From the NCBI RefSeq assembly GCF_040938485.1, contig NW_027271024.1, forward strand, positions 2,232,001 to 2,296,000: a stretch of 64,000 bases of DNA, given 5' to 3'. A program made the position numbers and the translations under genes. The notes below the pieces were generated by a model that had not been told where the DNA came from, did not search any database, and worked only from the letters and a program-made list of their open reading frames with translations. This document shows positions 50,414-63,956 of this stretch, one piece after another; position 1 is the first letter of the stretch, and every line of letters begins with the position of its first letter. The stretch is from Diadema antillarum (taxonomy: Eukaryota).

Positions 50414-51424
50414 ACAGAAATGTCGACGAATTCTCCAATCATCGAACCTCTGCTACCAGGATCACGATTTCGACAAAAGAAATGCATGCATAAAGACTAC
50501 AGAAGTGACATGATGATATCACTTCACTTAACAGCAGCTGGCGTTGAGTATTTTTCTCTCTTATTCACATGATTATTACTGTGAGGTGAAACCAGTAAAA
50601 GAATACCTCGCGATAATAGCACAACTATTTACATGGTGACTGTATTCATTATTTTGATTGTCCGCGCTTTAACGGACATTGTAACGTAAGTACGAGAAGC
50701 AAACCAGAAAATGAGTGTAACATGCGTTGTCTCGGTGAGTTTGAGAGAGGAGAGTGAACTATCGATAGAAATATGCTGCTTGAAGGAAAGAATGGAGGCA
50801 AAAAAAAAAATCACACCTAACGAAGATCAAACCTTTTCATGTCTTGGAAGTCACATATCCAAATGGTCGACCTCTTGATAGGCGGAGATGGTAATTACTC
50901 TAAGAATACTCAGAGCCACATGCCGCTAGCAAGGTCTTCTGCTCACACGCCGATTCTCGCTTGATTCACTCAGCCGTAGGCACGGGGGAGTTTCTCAACT
51001 GATCTCTGCCATGAACGGCTGGGGATTCCGCTGGGCTAGCCAGCTATGTCGACAGCGCCTGTCTAGGGAGAGGCAGTCAAATGTTGAATCTCGAGAGGCC
51101 GGGTGTGATCGCCGCAATGCGGCCTAACGACACCGTCTCACCAGCCCCATTTGGCACGTGAGGTTTACTTGAATTTTGTTTGGTGTTCTCTTCAATAATT
51201 GTGCCATTCATTATCAGCGAGTAACATCTTTCTCCTTTACGTGGATACCCTTTTCTGTACATTGGAAATTAACACCTGCAGTTTGGTACGTGTTATGCAC
51301 CAAGGCAGCTGCTGGTTTAAGTGTCCTTTCCTTTTAAAATGAGGACTGTATGGTGGAGGTAACGTTTACTTCACTGGCCTAGGTATGGGTGTGGCTCCTT
51401 TGCACCAAGGGTACATAGCAAGTC

Positions 51425-51870
51425 TAAAAGTTATGAATTGTTTAAGTTTCAGTGCCTCCATAACTTGATGAGAAGACTACAGCAGTTCGTGACGTTTTTC
51501 CATAGCAACGATATAACGAAAAAGAGAATTCAGAATTCAACATATTCATTTTCCAAACATAATGAAAGAGCACTCGGCCTATACCTCTTTCAGAAAGCAG
51601 GGGGAATAACATTACCTTTTAAATGTATCAGTTTCAAGTGAAGGAAAATTATACTTTTCACTAAAAAAGAAATTTTGTTTACTTTTCTTCTACTTTTTTT
51701 CTTCTAATCATTGTCCTGCAGAGACGTCACAAACTGTTATAGTCTTCTCATCCAGCCGATGCGATGGCGGCACTGAAACTTAATTCATAACTTTGCAACC
51801 CATTGTCCTATTGTCATCAAACTACACAGATGTATTCTATACTGATACTGCTGCATTCACTCAATCCACA
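51425..51870. mobile_element. Partial, decayed copy of the 21770 MITE family
   Basis: Shares GATGAGAAGACTAC, GCAGGGGGAATAA and AGTCTTCTCATCCAGC in the same order as 21908-22320. Confidence 0.6.
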
Positions 51871-51980
51871 TTCGTATTTGGTACTATGTAGGTGTGTTCT
51901 TTCCTCCCCCCCCCCCCCCTCTCTCTCTTTCTCTCTCTCCCTCTCTTGTCGAAATGTTTGATACCGATCGTTGTCGTACA

Positions 51981-52290
51981 TTAAAGGGTGGGTGTGTACA
52001 GTTCTGGTTGAGGTGAAGATTGAGTTTTTAACCTTTTGTGAGATATTCAGAAACCACTCTATGAGATGTCAAAGAGATCCAAATGAAAGGCGTGGCCTGT
52101 CGCCTTTTATTGTCATCACTTTTTTTATATTTTAGCCGTTTGTAAAAACCAATTTACATCAAATAAACGTTGAATCCTGATGAAAATTACATGTTCTTTC
52201 ATATTTCATAAGAGGTTTCTCATTATCTTACTTAGGAATGTTCAAAACATGAATCCCAGCCTCAACCAATACTGGGTACAGTCCCTATAA
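51981..52290. mobile_element. Internally deleted copy of the 36231 MITE family
   Basis: TTAAAGGG..GTACAGTTCTGGTTGAGGTG start and GTACAGTCCCTATAA end. Confidence 0.7.
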
Positions 52291-52447
52291 AGGGAAATTT
52301 TGCACTGACTATTGCCTGATATATCGGTGTCTCGTGTTATTAAAGGGGAGTTGTTCCCAAATATATTTAGGTAACATTCTCCTTTAACGTAGGACACCGA
52401 TACGTAACCAAAACATTTCGGCAAGAGAGAGAGAGAGAGGGATAGAA

Positions 52448-52532
<85 letters not shown>

Positions 52533-53019
52533 GGGTAAGGAATGAAACGCTGGAAGATGATCAGAGGATGTATTAATATGTTGATAGAGAACAGTGAGAA
52601 TGACTGACGTAGTATTTTGTTTGAAATGCATTTACGGATATGGTTACAAGTTTGACAATATGAACTGTATGATGCAACATTTAAACAGCATCTTTAACAC
52701 TCACGTGTTCATTGTTCGACCGTCATAAATGTTTTTTTTTTCCTTCTATCAGCGAACAATAGACATAAGATACTTTTCGCTATACCTGATTTCACTCCGA
52801 ACGCAAAGCTATATCATATTCTGCCAAAACATCGTCGAAAAAAGGATCCGTAAAAACTGCCACATTGAAGATTTGGATATCTAGATGATGTCTGTTGGTA
52901 CATGACTGTGTGGCATTTGTATTGATTTGTCTGTTTGTATGTCTCTCGCACTCTTTATCATTGGCGGTGCACTTAAATTGTTTGTTTGTTTGTTTGTTCA
53001 TTTCCATCTGAGAGATGGT

Positions 53020-53208
53020 TGGATAGCCCATATTCAGGTACGTTAAGCTGGTCTTCCATGGGGTCCAGTTGGATGTGAGGTGGGACCTTTCACCAGGTTA
53101 AACACCCTACTCTTTGCTATGAATGAATAAAGAGAGATCTTTTACGTGAATGAGTTGTTACTGTCTCATACACGGGACCTCCATTTTACGTCCTAACCGA
53201 GGGACGAA
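53020..53208 (-). mobile_element. DeuSINE/Nin-domain SINE fragment
   Basis: Minus strand CGTCCCTCGGTTAGGACGTAAAATGGAGGTCCCGTGT..CACGTAAAAGATC..GCAAAGAGTAGGGTG resembles the Deu-domain core as I recall it. Needs a Dfam/Repbase check. Confidence 0.5.
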
Positions 53209-53669
53209 AATTAATCTTCCTTGTCTCCCTCTCAATCCTGCGTTCCCTCTTTTCTCCTTCATCTTGAGCTAATCTCAATCTCACTTTATTACATTTTTCT
53301 CTTTATATAATATCTTCTCTCCCTCTCACTCTCTTTTTTTCTCCTGTTATGAATATGCATATATGCAAATTATTGCATTATGAGTAACCCACGTGGTAAG
53401 AATTTTCGAGAGATCGCATATATCACGTTCGAGGAATAGAGGTAGATCTTACCATTCCCTCCTAAAATGGTTGGTGGTGATGTGACATTTACAACTCTTC
53501 AGAGTTACAGTACTTATGCGTGTGTGGTTGATTGTCATAATGTCCTTCTTGAGGTCGCAACATTCTCTTGAACGCCTTATTTCTAAAGACCGATAGAACA
53601 AGCTCGACAAATCAAAAATTGGGCATCGTTCTACTCGAGACAGCAGTTTATTGATCTAAAATGCCGTAA

Positions 53670-53841
53670 GCGAATCATATTCGAGCAAAAACATAGAATT
53701 ACAAGTGGCAGCTGCCGTCATTGCCTTTCCGTGTAATTCTTCAAGTCTGTGTTGCATAATGGTCTTTCACGTAATCGAGGTCTGGATGTGTGTTTGGTGG
53801 TCTGAAGTCGACTGCTTACATGCCCTGTCCACCGGCAGCTC
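53670..53841 (-). pseudogene. Orphan last exon and 3'UTR of a ninth family member (relic)
   Basis: Minus strand reads TAG|GA GCT GCC GGT GGA CAG GGC ATG TAA (53841..53816; GAAGGQGM*), the same 26-nt size as the family's last coding exon. The downstream GCAGCTGC-CACTTGTAATTCTATGTTTTTG aligns to the G/D 3'UTR. I found no exon 2 or exon 3 upstream (53850-55400). Confidence 0.75.
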
Positions 53842-56152
53842 CTAGATATTCAGAAGACACGTACAGGAAAAAAGAATATATAAAGCAAAACATAAAAAAA
53901 AGCTGCGCTGTGCCTCATCAACATACTTCACAACAACATGAGATTCCAATGCCTTTTTTTTTTGCAATAAAATGCCTTTTAACAAGCTAACAAAAACAAA
54001 GTAGAAGAACATCCAGCACAAATCTTCATATTCAATTTGAAATGAATTTCAGTCAATAAAAAGGATGAAACAAATAGATTTTCCAAAGTAGTCCAACATA
54101 AAGAAGAAATATGATATCTGTTGTCCAAAGGTCAAAATAATAAGGACATTATCATTGAAATATTGCCTTCCAAATAAATCTTAGCCCAGTTAGGATGAGA
54201 TGATGAAGCAATATAGAAAGAAGGAGGAAGAGAAGGAAGAAAAAGAAATATAAGTAGAGGGAAAAGAAGAAACATAAGAAGAAGGTGAAGAAGAGATTAC
54301 GGTCGTGTTCACTCGTATTATGTGACAACTAAGAATTCACATACATTTTGTATATACATTGCATACCAATGGTATTCGAGGAATTAATTATTGCGTCAGA
54401 GGGGGCTCATTGTTATTGCTAGTTTTTGCGGGGGTTGGATATTTTTTAGGATACATTCATTTAAATTGTTTCAATTGGTAAACTGAAATGTAATAGCATA
54501 ATCAAATAAAAACTATCTTTATAAAGGCCTACTTGTCGCTCTTAGTCAACTGTCTTTGAAATTTTGTTGAGGTGACTGACTTGGTTTTGGCCTGAAGATT
54601 TAAAGGATGTTCGACGCAATCTCTTGTGAAAAGTTCTGAAACGAAGTGATGTAATTTATTGTATTTCAATTTGTACGCATGCTCACTAAGTATCAGAAGA
54701 CGAACTAAATAAGTTAAGAAAAGAGTGAATAAGCAAAATTTGCTATGCACTAAGTTGTATTGGCTACTTCTATAGAAGTTTAAATCCAGTTCTTACTTTC
54801 TATTTACAGATTGTAATCTTAAGCCTCTTTTAAGGATCTTGAGAAATTTGAAGATCTCGTAACAAATTCTCAACAACTCTATCGTCATTGGTTGTGATAT
54901 TCCTGTTGTGTCGATTTTTAAGGCATGTGGCCTTGGCGTAACCATCTAAGATGAGTTTAGTTTGAAAACACACCTTAATATTATGTAAACCAGCAGCTCT
55001 GTGTTTATAAAACTATAATAAAGAAACTGGAGAATGCGTCTATTTTAGTCATTTTGATAATGATAATGATTTGCTTATTAAATTCTGGAATCTCAGCTCA
55101 CAGCAGGAGTCGAACGGAAACGAAATTCAGCCGCAAGGCTTCTAACTTGCAAAAGGCAATCGGATCACAAAACTCCTAACCTTTATATTCTTCATTGGAT
55201 GCCGATAAAGGCCATTATGAAGATTTGACAATTGTATTCTTGATTGGAAATGCCCCACCTATAACATCTATCTACATATGCCTGCATGATGTCTTCGATT
55301 CCACCGTAATGATGAAATCTAAGGGATAATAATTTCAGTTTAGGCAGTTCGAAATTGTGTACAGCATACAAGAATACATACATTCAAATCATGAAGATCA
55401 AGAAGCCTTTAGAGTTTTTAGGCGATGGGATCAGTGTGAGCCCAAGGAAAAAAAAAAACTAAAACCAAAAAACCCAACATTCAAACCATAAAGGTCATCG
55501 CCCTTTCTAAACCTAGAATTGTCAGGTCTGGTGAGGTTAACCTATAATTGCCACACACGTCAAAAATGTGATCATCACTAAGTCTTCTTTACAGCCAAAT
55601 CCTACCCTATCAAAACAACAAAATGGGGTCATAGCACTTTGAGGAGATGTGTCATCCTCTTTTAGCTAGAAATGGAAAAGAAAAAAAAAGTTTTAGGGAG
55701 GAGGGGGTTAAGCAAAAAGTCCAAGGATTTCAGATGGTTTCTTTACAGCCAAGCGTAAAAGTTACAAATGGAGCAGGACGGAAGGGCGTCACATAACTAT
55801 GAGCGCATTCATTCCGGAAGACTTTTTATTCTCACTTCAACGTTACATTCCCCTAAGACTGCTTATTAAACATGGGCGTTCGTTGAAACATAAACAGTGA
55901 CAGATTGTCCGACGAACATCATCATTTCTACTGAGGTTAGGATGAAATCCATGACCAATAGAGCCTTAAGAGTAGCTAAGCAACGCACAGCTTGGCCAGA
56001 TGGAACTCTTAAATTTTGCAATGTTTTGTGGTTTTTTCTTAGAAAAAAAGAGTGCCGACAGGGAAAAGTTAATTTACTTTTTAGGGATTGGCGAGCAAAT
56101 GCCTGGTATTAACAACGCATATGGTCTTTCTTCTTTCCTTCTTTCTCTTTAT

Positions 56153-56317
56153 GTCACGTGACGTGGTTATGAGACATGTTCGTTACATCAAGTGGGATTA
56201 CCTCTGATCGAGAAATATATAAAAGGCAATCGTTTGAAGGGTAGCGACCACCAGACGGCATCCAGAGATCCTCCATAGTCGACCTTTCTACACTTCACAC
56301 TCAGGCAACTACCTAAC
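56153..56317 (+). promoter_or_regulatory. Gene G core promoter and non-coding exon 1
   Basis: GTCACGTGAC at 56153-56162, GGATTA at 56195-56200, TATATAAAA at 56216-56224, donor GTGAGT at 56318. Confidence 0.78.
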
Positions 56318-56676
56318 GTGAGTATCACCATTTTATTGTCCGCTAGATGTAAACTTTGCCGTTATATCCCCCATAAATGTAACTACAACGTTAAATGTAA
56401 TATAGACTTTAAATGTAGGCCTCGTTTATTGACCAAGTCAAACCTAAATTTAGTACATTTTATTTCAACCCTAAATGTGATAATCGGAGAAAAAACACTG
56501 ATACGTTTTAACTCTAGATGCAATTACGATCCTATTATAATGTAAAGAATTAACCCTAAATGGAATTATTAGTTAGTATAGGGTCGACATTAGATTTAGA
56601 GGTGATGCAGCCATCACCAAATGTGCAATGCTAGTACGATCTTGTCATTTTTTTTAGGAGTGTCCCGTGGCTCTTT

Positions 56677-56816
56677 NNNNNNNNNNNNNNNNNNNNNNNN
56701 NNNNNNNNNNNNNNNNNNNNNNNNNNNNNNNNNNNNNNNNNNNNNNNNNNNNNNNNNNNNNNNNNNNNNNNNNNNNNNNNNNNNNNNNNNNNNNNNNNNN
56801 NNNNNNNNNNNNNNNN
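56677..56816. other. Assembly gap (140 N)
   Basis: Run of N. The orthologous interval in copy 1 (about 36095-36180) holds a (TAT)n tract. Confidence 0.98.
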
Positions 56817-56867
56817 ACCAAAGACTTGATCAACCAGTCTTTCCATTTAGGTGTTCTTAAGATAACA

Positions 56868-57259
56868 TTAAAGGGACTGTACAGTTCTGGTTGAGGTGAG
56901 GATTTGGTTTTTAACGTTTTGCGAGATATTCAGAAACCACTCTATGAGATGTCAAAGAGCATGTAATTCTAAGGGGCATCAAAAGTTTATTTGATGAAAA
57001 TCGGTTTTGAAATGGCTGAGATATCCAAAAACAAGGTGAAACAAAGAGATCCTAATAAAAGGCGTGGCCTGTCGCCTTTCATTATTATTACTTTGTTGGA
57101 TATCTCAGCCATTTGAAAACCAACTCCATTAAATAAACGTTGAATCCTTCTTGAAACCACATGCTCTTTCATATTTCATGAGGTTTCTCATCATCTCACT
57201 TAATAGGAATGTTATAAACCTGAATCCCCACCTGAACCAGTACTGTACAGTCCCTTTAA
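56868..57259. mobile_element. Same TTAA MITE in intron 1 of gene G
   Basis: Same TIRs and TTAA flanks as 36231-36620. Confidence 0.82.
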
Positions 57260-57359
57260 GCCTAATTTACAGGAGTTGTAAGATTCAAGTAAAGAAAAAA
57301 AAATAATTTGAATCTTTACCCCAAGTATCGTTTCAAAAATCTTTTGTCGCAGAGTCAAC

Positions 57360-59057
57360 ATGGTCTGCAAGGTCCTCATCGCTTTCATGGCCCTCGTGGT
57401 CGTCGCTTTTGCCTTCGAGATGGAGGTCGATGACGAATTCGCCGCCGACATGGAGTTCATGAAGAGGGACCCAGTCATGCAGGACTTCTACCTCGCCGAG
57501 AAGAGGGGCAAGAGCATGAGGAAGTACAAGCGTAAGTAACATGAATCCTGCATGACTAGGGTTAGATGCGCCTGCAGCACTTTCATGAATAACAAATCCC
57601 CCCCCCCTCGCTCAGGCGGTCAATGATACACATAAAGTTATGCTCCAGGTTCTTTTTAGAATTTTGGGATTCCTTTCGGATGGGAACAGGCTTTGAAAGG
57701 GAGTCCAGCAAAAATTACCCTCTATCGAGGTATCTGGAAGGGAAGCCAGCAAAGCAGCATGACGTATGTACAGTGCATATGGCTAAATGTCCTGCGAAAA
57801 GAATCCCAGCCCGCTGTGCCTGGCAGCAAAACATACACATCAATCAGAGAGGTGCGTCTCCCTGCATCAATATATGAGGGAAATTCGGGACATCTGGCAG
57901 ACACCAAGAAGTCCAACTATATTTCGGTGGTGTTTTTTTTTTTTCGAGGGTTTTCAAATTAATCCTATTCGGAACCCTATTTCAGGATAATTTGGGAAAG
58001 ATTTGATAACTATGCATGGTTAAGGAATATTATTCATGGAAAAAATACTGAAACAGTCTTTTCGATTCCTCTGACTTTCAGGTCTTAAAGGTCGTGTTAA
58101 CCTTTGGGAGCAGTGATTTAAATGTTCAAGATATCACTTTTGATGCATATGTGTAGGTCAGTTGTATCACAAAACATGGTACCATAAATTATAAAATGTT
58201 TGCAATAAAGCCTAAAATACAAGGAGATATCACTATATTTCTCATTAAATCATACTGTGGACGACTTAGCCAGGAAATATTTGTTATTATAACTGTTGTT
58301 CACATTTTGTATATTTAACAATACTTAACATTGATTATACTTGCTCAAATTTTTACATTTTTTGTTTCTATCCCTAACTCACATTTTAGAACTACTTTCA
58401 AGCGCTGATGCTGGGTTTTTTGTTTCATCTGCAAATGATAAATTGTGCCTTTAATATGATTAATATATAGAAAAAAGGGGAGAGATTAGCTATGACCTTG
58501 TCGAATATCGTACGGATTTGTCTGAAGCTATCTGTACATTGTTCATGAAAATACCAAATGTAAGATAGTTGCAATGAAGAAAATGAGTTGAATCCCCCTT
58601 TCCAGGTCTTATTCATTTATTTTGTTTCTTTATTCTTCATTTTATTTCTGGACGATGTGACAAAGTGGATAAGACTATTGACTCTCAATCGGAGGACCCG
58701 AGTTCGATTCCCTCAAAGTGCCTACGTCCTTGGACAAGTTAATTTTACCCGCCATGTCCCTCTCGACCCAGGTGCATGAATGGATACCTGGTAATGCTAG
58801 GGTAATAATAATGGCAGGGCCCTCTGGTAGAGCAGTGACAACACTGATGAGGCTACCCTGGATAAATAGGACCTTATAACACTACATATTATATTCCTCC
58901 ACTCTGTTCGCAGCGTGTGCTACCCAGATAAACTCAGACCAGACTTGCTGGTGCACCCGACGAGGAGGCCAGTTCGCCTTCTGCACAGGTGAGCTTTTCT
59001 TATAGTTTGTTTGTCTGTCTGTTTCGGTGCGTCCGTGAGAGAAGAGAGAGAGAGAGA

Positions 59058-59092
<35 letters not shown>

Positions 59093-59382
59093 CTCTCTCT
59101 CTCTCTCTCTCTGTGTGTGTGTATGTGTTTAGTGTAACTTTGCTCTTGTGTTTTGCTTAATGTCTGTATCAATCAATGTCTTTTTTTTTTTGGGCTTTAG
59201 CCTTTCCCACTTTGCATAAGTCAAGTAAGTAATACGTTGTATCGCTCTTTCCTTCAGCTTAAAGAAAAAGTTTCTTCATTTTTATTATATATATATCACT
59301 ATATATTACATATTGTTTACTATAATTACATATTATATTGCGATTCTTCATTGCAGGAGCTGCCGGAGGAGAGGGCATCTAA
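57360..59382 (+). CDS. Gene G: duplicate of gene D, 90 aa (N->G in the mature peptide)
   Basis: join(57360..57531,58914..58988,59357..59382). Mature peptide GKSMRKYKPCATQINSDQTCWCTRRGGQFAFCTGAAGGEGI*. It differs from D by 2 synonymous nt in exon 2 and by AAC->GGC in exon 3. AATAAA at 59552-59557. Confidence 0.9.
58085..58454. mobile_element. Orthologous TTAA/AGG MITE in intron 2 of gene G
   Basis: Colinear with 37445-37811. Confidence 0.65.
58650..58880 (+). mobile_element. tRNA-derived SINE in intron 2 of gene G
   Basis: Same element as 37986-38225 (B-box GAGTTCGATTCC). Confidence 0.75.
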
Positions 59383-62300
59383 AAAGGAACTCCGTCACGA
59401 CCCCTTCAATGACCCCTGACCCGAATTACTCCCGGAAAAAGCCAGGACACGTTCAACGACCAAGAGAATGTCATGTAGATTCTGATGTAGCAGCTGCTAT
59501 AATCACTTGTTAGTTTCTATGATTTTTGACCCAGATTTTGCCATGGCCTAGAATAAATACGAATATTTTAAAAAACGGTTGCGTCGCATAGCGTTGTTTA
59601 GACTTGGTCTTGTCGTCTGTCTATGTTGGCAAATAATTCTAAGAATGGTGAGAGAATTGTTGGTATGATGAAGGTGTTTTGCTGTACTAGAAATGGAAAA
59701 TGTTAGTAGGAGTATAAGATAAACAAGAACGAACAAAAAGAGGTGTACATATCTATATCTCTCTCTTTAGATCCACAAGCACTCACTCACACATTGACAA
59801 TATGATATATATATATACACACGTATATATAAATATACAGTATGATATGTGCATTTAGTGTCTGTAAAACACAGAGTAACAAAAGTAGTATCAGGAACTG
59901 GCAGGATTATGATGATAGATAGTGACACCAGTTACGCAGGACACTACGCATTATTGGAATAAGATTATTCGAAAAGAAAATTCATATACATTGTAGTAGG
60001 TGTCAAAAAACCCCACCATTTTCTACCTTTGATCTGTAATAGTTACGAAACTATACATACCACTGTCATTGATATGAGTTATAGCTGAATAGTGTATAAT
60101 TTAGTTGAAGGTGATTCGAATATGAAAGCATGAATCATTTTTTATTAAATCCATGATTAATTCTAAAGTTAAGTTCCAGATTTTGGTCGAATTTGAACTC
60201 TCTGTACAAAATCAAACTTTACACAAGAACCAATGATGTGTATGAGAATGTGTGCTTACAATGACCCTTAACAATAGACATGAATACCACGAATACCACC
60301 TTTTCAGAGCTCTGCTGACTAGGCTTATGGTCTCTTGCTCAGACGCGCATGGATGCTTTATTAATAATTCATGATGGATTGCCCAGGGCATCTACTGCTA
60401 GTCTGAATTCATGGTAAGGGGTAAAATGCATGCACATGAAAAAAGTAAGCACATGTTTTCATGTGCTTTTAAACACTACATTTCAGGATTAATAAAAGAC
60501 TAGCTGTGATAGTGTAATAGAGCATTCAAACCCTTGCCATTGTTTAAGACCATTGTCTGGGTGTTAACCACACACTCCCATACACACTAATTAACCCCTG
60601 TGCAAAGTGAAAGTTTTGTACAGAGGGTTGAAAATAGAGCAAAATCTGAAACCTTACTTCAATAAAAATAAATCTTGAGTTTATTGAAACTGATTTATGC
60701 TCCTTTTTAAAATTACCTTCGACAAAATTGTACACTTTATCAGTTATTGCTCATACCAATGCCAGTGTTTTTTGATATATAGCTTTTGACATATTAAGGA
60801 TCAAAGTGGGAAATGTTTTAAGATATACATAATATGATATATGATATATAAACATGTGTTATGACATTCAATGTAGCAAACCACTCTTTAACTACAGGAT
60901 CGGGTTTGATAAATCATCATGTTATATATCATGCTAAACACAAGGCAAGGCTTATGATATCAAAATACAAAGTTAAACTGATTTTAAATGACAGGTTTTT
61001 TTTAGCAACACCACAATTGGTACAGGTATTTTTTTCAATTTAATTTTCAATGAATTTATACTGTATCTCAAAACAATAGGTAATGCACTATACATTATTC
61101 TAATATGAAATATCATATTTTCATCACATTTAACATATCAATTCGTTTGATCGCTATCAATGGAAATTGTAGTGTAAATGAAATAAATAAACCAGGAAAT
61201 ACATAATGTATTACAAGTTGTACTGTTACTCGTACAGAAATGAAAAGTCTGTAAGGCAAAGGGCTGAGGGGTAAGAGTGATTTAATGATATAGTAACGTT
61301 GCTTGACGGCTAGGACAATGAAACTGCTTTATTAGTTTGATCAAGAACATGCTTTGTGTATCGATAGGTATCGTCGAGTGTAAAAGACAGTACAATATTA
61401 ACAAATTTACTTTTGATTTACGATCCCCCACTTTGGTTCTTGCAACTGCAAGTGTTGCAAGTGATGTTATAGGTACATGTATTATTGTTCGGATTATTTT
61501 TGAACATAAAAATGGACAAACTATTATTATATAGCAATAGTTGTAATAATTATTGTAGCTCAGTTATGTTTGTTTCATACATTTTTGAACAGACAGTGGA
61601 TATGAATTCAATTCAAATCAATCAATTAATCAATCAATCAATCAATCAATTAATCAAAATTACAAATCACTAATCCCAATCATTTATCAGTAATAACTAA
61701 TTAGTAAAAAAGACAAACTCACAACAATAAGCTCTCGTCCTTACTTTTCCGTGACTTATTCACGGAACATTTCTAATTCCATTTCTACGTTTTTAGGTAG
61801 TTTTAATGCTTTATTCTCATAGTATAAACACACAGCAACATCCAAACGCCATTACTAGAGAAACCAATCATAGATAAATTCATAATTGGCATAAATAACA
61901 TAAATAGATTAAAAAAAGGAGATGTGATACATTTTTGTAAATCTTTTAATATTTAGAATATAACAATCTTACCAACATCCAAAAAATGCTTAGAGATTCC
62001 ATCGAGGTATAATATAATACTTTGAACATGAGGTGTTGAGCATGATTACGAATATAAATGTAAATGTAACATTTTGTGTGTGTGCATTTAATTATCTAAC
62101 ATTACACATTCCCATTTGACTAAATAAATTTATTGATTCCACTTTAATGTTGAGAACAATGGGGTGATAATTTCAATCTCTTACCGTTCAAAATTGTGTT
62201 CAGCATACAACAATAATACACACTGTCTGAAAACTATAAAGTCCTTGGTCTTTTAAAACCTAGAGTTGTCAAGGTGATGATTGCTAACTGTTTGCCGCAC

Positions 62301-62935
62301 AAGCAACCGGACGTTCATCAATGTCAAAATGCCAAATTTAGGTCATGTCCCTTTGAGAAAGTAAGACTTTAGCTTTTAGTGGAATATGGAAACGGGAAAG
62401 ATTTTCAGGAAGGAAGGGAAGGGGAATAGGTTAAAGCATAAACTCCAAAGGATTTTAAATGATGTATTTACCGAAAATCTGGAGGAGTGGAAGTTATAAC
62501 TGGGGCATGACGGACGTTCAACACCTGTGAGTAGATTCTTGAAGACTGACTCTTTATTCTCACCTTAACGTAACAGATCGATGACTCAAACAAACAGGAA
62601 CAGATTGCTCGTCAAAAGGACATCATCACTTCGATTACGTGGGATATGAAATACATGACCAACGGAGCCTCAAACGCATCTCGGCTAAGCGAGAATTGGC
62701 CAGATGGAAGGGTTCCATTTTGCTTTGAATATGTGACTTTGTTTGCTTCTACACATGAAGAAAAAAGAACAGGGAAAAGTTAATTTACTTAATAGGGAAG
62801 CAGGAAGAAACGTCACGTCAAATAACAACGTATGTAGTCTTTTCTGCCCCCTCCCTCCCCCCTCACACAAACACACAAAATCTCTCTTTTTCTATCGCTT
62901 GGTATCATTTTATGGGATTAACTCTGATCGAGAAA

Positions 62936-63912
62936 TATATAAAAGGCAGTCGTTTGACGGGTAAAGATCATCAGACGCCAGCAAGAGATCCTCAACAGTC
63001 GACCTTCCAACACATCCATCACAACTACGTGAGTATCACCGTCGTATTGTCAGCACCCTAGCTTTAACTTTTCCGTTGTATAACTTCTACACGTAGTAAC
63101 AGCATCACATTTAATATGATTCATTTTAAGCCTTAATGTGATATCAACCCTTAATAGAATTATTCTAACGCTATTATGTAAGCTCATAATAATCAATTCA
63201 AACGTAAATGTACGAAATTTTAACCCAGGCCTAAACAATTGCTGAATGTCATACCAAAACAAGAAACAATCCTGAATGTTGAACATTTCAACCATGGTTC
63301 ATAATATTGACTCTAAAAAGAATGAGTTTTCCCATAAATTTAGTTAAGTCAGTATACTAGTCACTATGTCAACCAATTCACATGCAATGAAAATGGTATC
63401 TGGGCAGGTTGGTGAGGAAAAGGTCTAATAGCTCTTTATCCATATTATTGTTTGAAATTTTGATTTTGATTGTCTTCCAGATGTTTTATCAATGAATCAC
63501 TCAATTTTAATTTCCTTGAAGATAAGGTGACGATAGATTGCAAGGGTAGTTTAACAGTAAGGATAGATAGTTAAGATAGTAAAACAAGCTATATGACAGG
63601 TNNNNNNNNNNNNNNNNNNNNNNNNNNNNNNNNNNNNNNNNNNNNNNNNNNNNNNNNNNNNNNNNNNNNNNNNNNNNNNNNNNNNNNNNNNNNNNNNNNN
63701 NNNNNNNNNNNNNNNNNNNNNNNNNNNNNNNNNNNNNNNNNNNNNNTGGATAGAAACCAAGTTCATGCTGTCATTACCATGAAATTATTTCGGCACACAA
63801 ATTTTCGAGCTATTCGCCCTTTCTCAAGTGCTCTTGATTCACAAGAACACTTGAGAAAGGGTGAATCGCTCGAAAATTTGTGTGCAGAAATAAACTTTTG
63901 GTATTTTATATG

Positions 63913-63956
<44 letters not shown>

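Noticed and set aside
56621-56894. ORFs containing X runs (also 63551-63913)
   Set aside because: They are artefacts of translating N gaps.
58843-58880. CTGATGAG/CTGAAGAG resembling a hammerhead core in the SINE tail
   Set aside because: No stem II followed by GAAA, and no closing stems. It fits a LINE-derived SINE tail.
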